A stretch of DNA of 64,000 nucleotides from an uncultured virus (IMG/VR IMGVR_UViG_3300046820_002883) (taxonomy: Duplodnaviria; Heunggongvirae; Uroviricota; Caudoviricetes): the IMG/VR virus record IMGVR_UViG_3300046820_002883. One strand, given 5' to 3'. The notes below the pieces were generated by a model that ran no database searches, had not been told where the DNA came from, and was given only the letters and a program-made list of their open reading frames with translations. Position 1 is the first letter of the stretch; each line of letters opens with the position of its first letter. A program made the position numbers and the translations under genes. Shown in pieces: positions 56,363-64,000 of this stretch.

Positions 56363-56993
56363 TGTCTGTTTCTCCATCTGGATTAAAGCTATTTCTTATG
56401 ACATCTGTTGAATAGTCGTCGACATCTTGTTTGGTTAAAACATATTCGTTTTTACCGGTTTTTTCCATTTCTCCTTGTTTTTGTGCAAAGAATTCTTGTG
56501 GATTTTGATTAAATGGATAAGAGTCAAAAGAACGTAACTCAAGTTTTTCTTCAGGAGTCTTAGGTCTCATCGTTTCAATTTTTGTTCCAAGTTGGTCAAT
56601 TTTACTGATAACGTTATCCATTTGTGATAATTTTTGTTCTAAGTCGTTTAACTTAGTAAATACAGTTTCCATTTTACCAACTACCCCTGAATTTTCAGAT
56701 TTAGTATCATCCATATCTTTTTTGATTGATTTAGTCATATTAACTAAATCTGTGATATCGATTTCTTCAGTGTCTCCACCTTCAGGTGCCCCTGTTTCAG
56801 GTGCTGGTGGTAATTCTCCTGCAGGTGATGGAGGTGCTCCCGCGTCAGCTGGTGCTCCCGCATCGGGTAATGGAGGTAATTCTCCTTCAGGTGCAGGTAT
56901 TTCCTGTTCACTCATTAATTTTACTGTATACTTATTAATTGCTCTGAAACGAGCAACTTCTTCTAGTAATTGTTTTTCTAATTTGTTTGCCAT
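56346..56993 (-). CDS. Hypothetical acidic protein with Pro-rich linker and coiled coil (possible head-associated/scaffold protein)
   Basis: N-terminal LLEEVARFRAI..SEQ motif, PAPE/PPA linker, coiled coil. Confidence 0.75.
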   Translation of the reverse strand: MANKLEKQLLEEVARFRAINKYTVKLMSEQEIPAPEGELPPLPDAGAPADAGAPPSPAGELPPAPETGAPEGGDTEEIDITDLVNMTKSIKKDMDDTKSENSGVVGKMETVFTKLNDLEQKLSQMDNVISKIDQLGTKIETMRPKTPEEKLELRSFDSYPFNQNPQEFFAQKQGEMEKTGKNEYVLTKQDVDDYSTDVIRNSFNPDGETDNDLKF

Positions 56994-56997
56994 GTTC

Positions 56998-57201
56998 TTA
57001 ATCTTGTAAAAGTTGTCTACCGTCTTCGGTAATGAATTTTTTATTTATTCTCTCAACAATACCATCTTTAGACCTAATAACGTAACATTCTCCCGTTTTT
57101 AAGTCACACTCTTCTCTTTCCATTCCATCATTTGAAATAGATTTAACATTTTTTGGATTCATAAAATTATCCAAACTGTTATTTATTTTTTCGTTGTTCA
57201 T
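56998..57201 (-). CDS. Small hypothetical protein
   Basis: 67 aa, ECDLKTGEC motif; TATTTAT motif at 57219-57225. Confidence 0.7.
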   Translation of the reverse strand: MNNEKINNSLDNFMNPKNVKSISNDGMEREECDLKTGECYVIRSKDGIVERINKKFITEDGRQLLQD

Positions 57202-57252
57202 AATAGTATTTTTCTTTTATAAATATCCCAAAAAACCAAAAACATTCAGTTT

Positions 57253-60200
57253 TTACATTTTAAAATAAACAACATCCCCATCATATAACCCCAATTCAGT
57301 CATGAGTTGGTTTGACATACCCATACCGTATTCGGTTGAGTTTGGACCAACGCTAACGGGACCATTTGCAACTATGGTTCCTAATGAACTATCCAATTGA
57401 TAACTCGGGTTGAGTACTGTCGTTTTACCGTTTTTAGGATTTTTAAATGTAGTAACCGCAGTTCTAATTTTCGCCTCATTAACGATTCTAGATAGTTGGA
57501 AGGTTGATGTGTAGAATTTATATGTCGAATCTTTGATTGTTGACCATTTGATTCCATTCGCTAAATTCATTGTAGTTTCATCATTAAGAGTGTATCCTGA
57601 ACTACCCATTCTAACAACAACCGTTCTTAACCAAGTTTCTCCGTTATTTTCAACTTTTTGAATTAATCGTTTTTCGTTATATCCATTATATGGTATTCCA
57701 TACTCGTTTATTCCAACATCATTTAATATGTTTTCTCCCGATATTTTTTTGTTTTGTCTATCAGTTACATATGAAACTTTGTTATAAATAATAACTTCAT
57801 CTGTTGTTGTATCGGTAGATGCTCGTTGTTTCAATATCGCACGTGCTTTAGATGAAATCTTATCAAACAATATACGATAACTTGATAAGAATGAATCTCT
57901 TGGGTCAGGTAATGAAGTATATGGTAATCTCGTACCGGTGAATGTGGTACTAATTGTATTTCCTTTAATATTATGATTTACCTCAGTAATCCAATATGAA
58001 CCTCTGAACATTGGTATGTTTTTTAAATAGAAGAACATTGTTGGTTGAATCATCACATTCCCCATACATGAAACCTCACATTTATATGATGCCTGTTTAT
58101 AATAATCAAATAAACCAACGTCCACGTTATGTGCACCCGCTCCTGATTGTGACCTATTTAAGTCTTCCAAAACTTGGAATGATTCAGATGTGTTCTTAAT
58201 TGAACTTTGGTCTAATTGGACTCCTTTGAAGATTCCTTGATTTTGGTCACCGAAACTAACTTCAAATGCAACCACCTTGTTTGATTTACTTAAATCATTT
58301 GTGGTAAAACCCTGTAGTGATGTTACAACTAATGGGTTATTATTCACCGAACCAAGATGAAAACTATCGTCCGTAAACTTATACGGTTTACTGTTTGACA
58401 TATCGGGTCTTTTTGATGAATTACCAACCAATTGAATGATAACTTTTGGTGACGACTCTTGGTAATCGACCTCTAAGAAGGTGCCAAATAAATTTTTAGC
58501 AACATTTTTAGATGGTGTTATTTTAGATTTAGTACCAACATTAGTTCCATAAAAGTTAACATATGCTGGTAACGCTCTCATATCAAGACCGGTACCTTGT
58601 ATTAACATCGATATCGCAGTATATAAACTAACATTTGCGTTTCTCGGGTCAACCAATGGTAGAATCCTATCTAAATTCAAATAAAATTTGTCTCCAATGT
58701 CCCTGTTTGCTTTATCTAAGAATAAAAATTCTTCTAAAAGTAATCTTTGTCCTATTGAATTACCCGAAGTCCATTTGTCATTAAATGACTTGAAGGTATT
58801 GTACATCTCAAGTTTAAGGTCATTAGTGTTATAACCACCGTATTGACGTATTCTATTTGACGTATTATTTTTTGGTATAGCATCGTATGCACTAAGTCTA
58901 TTTAAAAGTTGTGTTAAGAAAATAGTTAGTCTGTTGTTTGCACCCCCGGCAACATCTTTAGATGCCGGTTTTCTGTTTATAATAGACGTATTTAAATAAT
59001 CACTAAATGCGGTTGAGGTGTTGATTCCTCCATCAGTAATATAACCACCGTATATCTGTACCATTGGTCGATATCTGATAATATTATCTTCAGTTAGTTT
59101 GATGTCATTTACAACAAAGAAATTAAAATAATGGGTATCAATATCCTCACCAATGTACAATCTAATTAATTTTTGATTTGCAACCGTATTGTCTAAAACA
59201 TCGAATGGTTGAACCGCGTAATTAATTAATTGGTCCGCACCCTCCGAACTATTCGCCATACCAAAAAGTATGTATGGGTCAATTTCTTTTGGGTTCGCCA
59301 TTGAAAATTTTATTAGATTTTCATTTGATAATAACCCTCTTGTTATAAACTCAGCGTTTTTAGTTTGTCTTTCGGTTAATGATGTTATTAATTCATCAAT
59401 ATTTGTTGTTTCGGTACTTTGTTTATTAATAACCGATAAACCTTTTAATATATTTTGAAATTTAGAATAATTTATATTTTGAAATGGTTCGTATGGTAAT
59501 TCAGTATTTTGAGTTTCGGTTGCAAATTCTAAAAATAAATCTTCAAACTGTTCTAAAATTTTAGGACTAAAAGTTGCAATTAAATCAATTACTTTTTTCT
59601 GATTAGTTTGTATTGAAAATGTATTTCCTGTACTTCTAATGTATTCAGAATATGAAGGGAATGTTTTACCAGATAAATCACCGTTTATTGAATCTTGTGA
59701 AAACCAAATTGTTCTAAAGTTTTTTTGTTCTGTTGGAATAAAAAACTGACCGTTTGGTATTGTTTTCATATTACCATTTGATGGTAATAAAGTAAAACTT
59801 TTATTATTTTGTTGTTCCAATGAACCATTTGTAAAATACAACTCATTATTAACAACAATATCCCAATTATTTAAATTATCTCGTTTACTGTTTCTATGTA
59901 GAATGTATCCATCACTAGTTTTTCCACTATAGTCTGATGTTGTTCCATCGTATTGTACAAACCCGTTTACAATCTGATTGTAAATTGACTGATAGAACGG
60001 AGAAACTCCCACGTTGTTATAGTTTGCATGGTTTACATTTACTGTTGAACCTGTTGTACTTCCAACAATTGGAGATATATCAAACGTTAAATTTGAATTA
60101 TTATCAAAAAATTCACCACCGTCTATTGGTTGAGTTAAATTACTTACGTTTATACATCCACCAAGAATGTCGGTACCGTCATTAAGATATGTTTTATATC

Positions 60201-63129
60201 TATGATAAATTGACCCCCATTTTAATAGTAAATGATATGGAACAAAATGTGTTGCGGAAACTTCTCTAAACAATGACGACATTAAAATAGATTTAGATGC
60301 AAATGGTGCTCCTTTACTATATGATATATGGTCATCCAAATCTAAAAATGGTAATGAATTTAATAAAAGATATGCAGAACCTTTATATTTCGCATATTTT
60401 GTTGAATTACTAAAATCACTTAATAGTTGATTATGGAAGTAAGGAGTATTCAACATATTAACGGTTGTTGTACTTGCGGGAATAAACGGCACAAAACCAA
60501 CCGCAGGTATTGCGGGATTCGTAATCCTCAATTGTTGGTTAAACATATTTTCGGTATAGTCCGGTTTAACCCACGATTTTGAATTTACAAAAGAGGTGAT
60601 AAAACCTTGAGAACTATCGACATTTAATAAACCGTCAAATTTTAAATTTTCTCTTTTAAATGTACTTTGACCTAAATAACCCAAATATGTACTTGAATTA
60701 AATGGGTAGATATTGTAACGATAGTCTTCCGCTTCGTAATTTATTAATTCAGTGTTTAATGCGGTTTGATTTAAATCACCTTGTTGTGGTGAATTAACAT
60801 TATAACTCTCCAATTTAAATGGTTGGTCAAATGTGTTTATAATATAGTCCGTTGTTGGTAAGTGGTCTTTAAAGTAATTAAACTTATCGTATGGTGACAA
60901 ACCCGGAAGGTATCCACCAAAACTATTTGATTGTCTTTGTTTTCCGTTTCCATCTAAAACAGGAACACCTTTTTCATCCGTTAATGGTACCGATTTTTGA
61001 AAACTAATTAAGTCGGTGATACTTCTTAATTTTTTTACAAAATCAATTAAATCAATATCTTGATTAATAGTTTCTTTAATATTATTAAATTCCTCGTCCG
61101 CTAAAATATCTAAGAATTTTTGATTAAATGAATCTAATAATGTGATATATTTTGCTCTCTCATATAATTCGTAAACAAATGATGAGTATGAGGTATCGTT
61201 ATAGGGTAATGTACCGTTAATTACATCAATACCACATATATCCTCAATTTTAGTCTCATCGGCATCCGTTTCGAACAAGTATCTTGTATTGTTTCTCGTT
61301 GGTTCATTTTTAACGTTTGATTCATCCTTACCCGTAACAATAGTTATATAATCTTCAATAAATGCAACCTCGGGCCACAATGTACTGTCATTTGATTTTA
61401 ATTTATTAATAAGTTCAGGGTCTCCCGGATATGCTATAACATTCTGTTGTGTTCCTGCGGTTGGTTTTTTAATTTCAGGCCATGGGTAAATTGTTTTATC
61501 TCCCTTTGTTTCTTTTGATAAATTACCAATTAGTTTATATCTGTTATCCGCCGATTCAAATGCTTTATTGTGAATTTCTTTCATTAAACGAATGTATACT
61601 TCCGCATTTGCTAAAACCACAGCAAAAATATTTCTTATCGTTGGTTCGAATCCAAGAAGTTCAGGTTTTTTAATAACCTCATTCATTAATCTTTCAACAT
61701 CATCCTCAACCTTTTTTCTTTGTTCTTCGTATGATTTTCTTAATTCAAATATATCTTCAAATAATTTATCGACACCTACAATTACAAAACCGTTTGCGTC
61801 TTTTTGATAATAAGAATTAATGTCTTTTACACTTTTTAATGATATTTTTTGAAAATTACCTCTTGTTTTGTTTGTTAAATTTTGTGAAAATAAAACAGAT
61901 TCAGATAGTCTTTTACTGTAAGCAGAAATGTTTACTTCTAAAGTACCTGATTTAGTGTTACCTGTAATCCATTCTGTGGATGTCCTATCTTTATTCTTTG
62001 TTGGAGATAAATAAAACCAATTTTGTGTGGTTTCAGTACCATTTGCGGATTTAATTGTTTTAACAAAAATCTCATCAGATAAGTTAATTTGGGACCAAGC
62101 TTTAATTGAACTTTCAAAGTTATCAATAAGTTCCTCAACTTCTTTAAGTCCTTGGAATATATCCATACTAACTTGACTAAAGACTTGTTCTTCTAATACT
62201 TTATCTAACGATTCAGCAACATACCCTAAATCTTTTAAGGTTTTAACTGGAAATCCTTTTGGGACTAATCCCTTTTTTTCGTATTGTTTGTAAATTGATT
62301 TTAAAATGGCGTAACCTCTTGACCCTCTTGTTACTTTTTTCTCGTAAACATTTAAATTTGTGTTCAATGTAACCGGAGTATTATTTTCGGTCATGAACAT
62401 ATAGGGACAGTTGATTATTGATGAAAGAGAAATATCATTTAAGTAAGCAAATGTTGAACCAACGAATGTTGTTGATACTTCAAAATTACCATTCGTTTCA
62501 TTAAATTTTGAGGTGAATTTGGTCATATGTAAACGATATCTAATCGCCTTACCATAATAACCTTTAACAGTTAAATAAAATATTGGCCACGGTAAATGAA
62601 AAAATGCGTTGTATGGTGAGTTTTCAGAATTATCAAAAAGAGTTTTACCTCTCACATCAATAAAACTAATATTAACTTGGGGTACAAAGTTTGCTCCCTT
62701 AACAGAAATGGTAATTGAATCAATACCAAATGTTTGTCCTGACGGGTCTTTAAATTGTGAATCCGTAAATGCGAAATCTTTACCGTTTCTGTAGTTTGAT
62801 TCCTGACCTTCAATCGGTTTTGGTAAAAAGGTATCGGTCCAACTTGCATCGAAATTACCGTCACCCGTTTGATTTCTAAGGAAATTTAAATTACCCTTCG
62901 CAATACTAAGTAAAGTATTTCCCTGATTATTATCAGCAATAAGAGTTGTTCTCGGGACAATATCTGCCTCCAAGTTAGCATACATTACTAAGTTTTCCTG
63001 TTTAACCCCTCTTTCTTGTATTTCCCCACTAGAATTAATTACACTATTTGGGTCTACGTAAATAAGGTTATTTTGGTCTACTTTTACAAGTATATTCTCA
63101 CTATTTGATAAATCGTTATTGCTGGCCAT
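57253..63129 (-). CDS. Very large baseplate-hub/tail-associated structural protein, 1958 aa
   Basis: FGIDSITI..PQVNISFIDVRG N-terminal motif; YKCEVSCMGNVMIQPTMFFYL..FRGSYWITEVNHNI..STTFTGTR (gp27/late-control-D-like C-terminal motif). Confidence 0.75.
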   Translation of the reverse strand: MASNNDLSNSENILVKVDQNNLIYVDPNSVINSSGEIQERGVKQENLVMYANLEADIVPRTTLIADNNQGNTLLSIAKGNLNFLRNQTGDGNFDASWTDTFLPKPIEGQESNYRNGKDFAFTDSQFKDPSGQTFGIDSITISVKGANFVPQVNISFIDVRGKTLFDNSENSPYNAFFHLPWPIFYLTVKGYYGKAIRYRLHMTKFTSKFNETNGNFEVSTTFVGSTFAYLNDISLSSIINCPYMFMTENNTPVTLNTNLNVYEKKVTRGSRGYAILKSIYKQYEKKGLVPKGFPVKTLKDLGYVAESLDKVLEEQVFSQVSMDIFQGLKEVEELIDNFESSIKAWSQINLSDEIFVKTIKSANGTETTQNWFYLSPTKNKDRTSTEWITGNTKSGTLEVNISAYSKRLSESVLFSQNLTNKTRGNFQKISLKSVKDINSYYQKDANGFVIVGVDKLFEDIFELRKSYEEQRKKVEDDVERLMNEVIKKPELLGFEPTIRNIFAVVLANAEVYIRLMKEIHNKAFESADNRYKLIGNLSKETKGDKTIYPWPEIKKPTAGTQQNVIAYPGDPELINKLKSNDSTLWPEVAFIEDYITIVTGKDESNVKNEPTRNNTRYLFETDADETKIEDICGIDVINGTLPYNDTSYSSFVYELYERAKYITLLDSFNQKFLDILADEEFNNIKETINQDIDLIDFVKKLRSITDLISFQKSVPLTDEKGVPVLDGNGKQRQSNSFGGYLPGLSPYDKFNYFKDHLPTTDYIINTFDQPFKLESYNVNSPQQGDLNQTALNTELINYEAEDYRYNIYPFNSSTYLGYLGQSTFKRENLKFDGLLNVDSSQGFITSFVNSKSWVKPDYTENMFNQQLRITNPAIPAVGFVPFIPASTTTVNMLNTPYFHNQLLSDFSNSTKYAKYKGSAYLLLNSLPFLDLDDHISYSKGAPFASKSILMSSLFREVSATHFVPYHLLLKWGSIYHRYKTYLNDGTDILGGCINVSNLTQPIDGGEFFDNNSNLTFDISPIVGSTTGSTVNVNHANYNNVGVSPFYQSIYNQIVNGFVQYDGTTSDYSGKTSDGYILHRNSKRDNLNNWDIVVNNELYFTNGSLEQQNNKSFTLLPSNGNMKTIPNGQFFIPTEQKNFRTIWFSQDSINGDLSGKTFPSYSEYIRSTGNTFSIQTNQKKVIDLIATFSPKILEQFEDLFLEFATETQNTELPYEPFQNINYSKFQNILKGLSVINKQSTETTNIDELITSLTERQTKNAEFITRGLLSNENLIKFSMANPKEIDPYILFGMANSSEGADQLINYAVQPFDVLDNTVANQKLIRLYIGEDIDTHYFNFFVVNDIKLTEDNIIRYRPMVQIYGGYITDGGINTSTAFSDYLNTSIINRKPASKDVAGGANNRLTIFLTQLLNRLSAYDAIPKNNTSNRIRQYGGYNTNDLKLEMYNTFKSFNDKWTSGNSIGQRLLLEEFLFLDKANRDIGDKFYLNLDRILPLVDPRNANVSLYTAISMLIQGTGLDMRALPAYVNFYGTNVGTKSKITPSKNVAKNLFGTFLEVDYQESSPKVIIQLVGNSSKRPDMSNSKPYKFTDDSFHLGSVNNNPLVVTSLQGFTTNDLSKSNKVVAFEVSFGDQNQGIFKGVQLDQSSIKNTSESFQVLEDLNRSQSGAGAHNVDVGLFDYYKQASYKCEVSCMGNVMIQPTMFFYLKNIPMFRGSYWITEVNHNIKGNTISTTFTGTRLPYTSLPDPRDSFLSSYRILFDKISSKARAILKQRASTDTTTDEVIIYNKVSYVTDRQNKKISGENILNDVGINEYGIPYNGYNEKRLIQKVENNGETWLRTVVVRMGSSGYTLNDETTMNLANGIKWSTIKDSTYKFYTSTFQLSRIVNEAKIRTAVTTFKNPKNGKTTVLNPSYQLDSSLGTIVANGPVSVGPNSTEYGMGMSNQLMTELGLYDGDVVYFKM

Positions 63130-63442
63130 AATATAGGTTATACAATTCTACATTTCTTTTGTAATCTTGTAAAGAGGTAGTCAAAGGAAATGGTACCCTT
63201 AATATAAAATTATCAGGTATATTAAACTCTAAACTACCGGCCAATGGATTTGCTTGTAATATTAACCAACCAAAAACAGGGGAACCATAATATTGTTCAG
63301 ATAGTTTATCTAATCTATCTTTTCCTCTTTTAAAATATGCGTACTTGTCGGTAGATTTAATTGGTATTTCAATACCCGGAACGATTCTAAAACTAGAATC
63401 TTCTATAAAAAATTGATACCTGTCAAAATATTGTCTACTCAT
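63116..63442 (-). CDS. LysM-like baseplate protein (T4 gp53 / P2 gpX-like)
   Basis: DRLDKLSEQYYGSPVFGWLILQANP...ILRVP. Confidence 0.85.
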   Translation of the reverse strand: MSRQYFDRYQFFIEDSSFRIVPGIEIPIKSTDKYAYFKRGKDRLDKLSEQYYGSPVFGWLILQANPLAGSLEFNIPDNFILRVPFPLTTSLQDYKRNVELYNLYYGQQ

Positions 63443-64000
63443 TACTTCTTAACAACTGGTGTTCTGTAAAAATTTAATTTATCTGTAACCGATGTATTAT
63501 CTGAATTAACTTTATTTAGTTCATCAGTTATTGCTGCATTGGTTTCTTCTATTGGTGCGTCTTTACCAAATTTAATATCTTTATCACTTTTTCTTGATTT
63601 GAATTTAGTGAATTTAAAATTCTTTTTTTCTGGTTTTATAACAAAATCATTTACTCTTTTAGTTAACTTTTTAGTTAAACTACTTGGGTATAAAACGGTA
63701 TCGGTAAAACTATCCATCATCGCTTTTACTATTGAATCTTCTGCAAAGAATTCTTTACTGAACGATTGGAATTGAGTGTCGTCTATTACAGGGAAATTAA
63801 AATTAATTCCACTTGTAAGACTTTCATACATTTTTGTGGTATTGGTTTCAATATAATCAACGTTAGAACTATATTCCTTGTAAATCATGTCAGCAGTAAA
63901 ACCTGTTAAGGTTGACGTGATTGCCTTTTGGTCTTTTATTTGACCATCTTTACCATTTTTAACAATGAAATTAACTTTATCAAGACTCTTAATTAATTCG
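63442..64000 (-). CDS. 3' end of a larger structural gene truncated by the window edge
   Basis: Frame of the 148-aa ORF stays open from 63888 to the right edge; TAATG-coupled to the LysM gene. Confidence 0.75.
   Translation of the reverse strand, partial: ELIKSLDKVNFIVKNGKDGQIKDQKAITSTLTGFTADMIYKEYSSNVDYIETNTTKMYESLTSGINFNFPVIDDTQFQSFSKEFFAEDSIVKAMMDSFTDTVLYPSSLTKKLTKRVNDFVIKPEKKNFKFTKFKSRKSDKDIKFGKDAPIEETNAAITDELNKVNSDNTSVTDKLNFYRTPVVKK

Larger units (their letters stand above)
66..57225 (-). promoter_or_regulatory. Dispersed putative late-promoter motif TATTTAT(A) before structural genes
   Basis: + strand ATAAATA at 66, 2138, 12679, 15894, 16831, 31635, 36873, 44816, 47154, 47546, 57219; all but 31635 lie within ~20 nt of a start codon. 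Confidence 0.65.

Noticed and set aside
581..63775. Short + strand ORFs opposite the sigma, sbcC, nrd, baseplate and hub genes
   Set aside because: Fully antisense to well-supported genes, with typical shadow composition and no recognisable motifs
1..64000. Stop-codon reassignment (TAG/TGA recoding as in some large phages)
   Set aside because: Checked stops are mostly TAA, but genes are full length in code 11; the two broken genes are frameshifts, not in-frame stops

Overview
64 kb of a large, AT-rich tailed (myovirus-type, 'jumbo') phage genome. Nearly every real gene is on the - strand, and the ORFs are intact in the standard code. The host is probably a Bacteroidota: the ClpP has a Bacteroidota-type N-terminus, leaders are A-rich without Shine-Dalgarno sites, and there are TTTG..TAnnTTT promoter-like motifs. 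In window order: sigma70 factor, spanin-like membrane pair, ClpP, SbcC/SbcD-like nuclease, exonuclease, primase, tail-tube paralogue, RuvC; a cluster of four Pro/Thr-repeat (mucin-like), Cys-rich genes including a 4893-aa giant; baseplate/tail genes; a GNAT; class Ia RNR (nrdB-nrdA), helicase, 5'-3' exonuclease, RecA/UvsX, gp32-like SSB, ferritin-like protein; and a large baseplate-hub-like gene. The most striking observation is a ~65-nt intergenic two-hairpin element (9296-9361) with its own promoter-like motif and terminator. Its exposed loop is the exact antisense of a recurrent repeat unit (A-GUU-ACA-CCA-ACA-G, Val-Thr-Pro-Thr) of the mucin-like mRNAs, making it a candidate repeat-targeting sRNA or terminator switch. 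Also seen: a candidate pseudoknotted RNA after nrdA, a late-promoter-like TATTTAT motif before structural genes, a putative [ST]G-x-[ST] modification sequon in virion proteins, and two frameshifts with identifiable mutational signatures. All functional calls come from motif recognition only; no database search was run.
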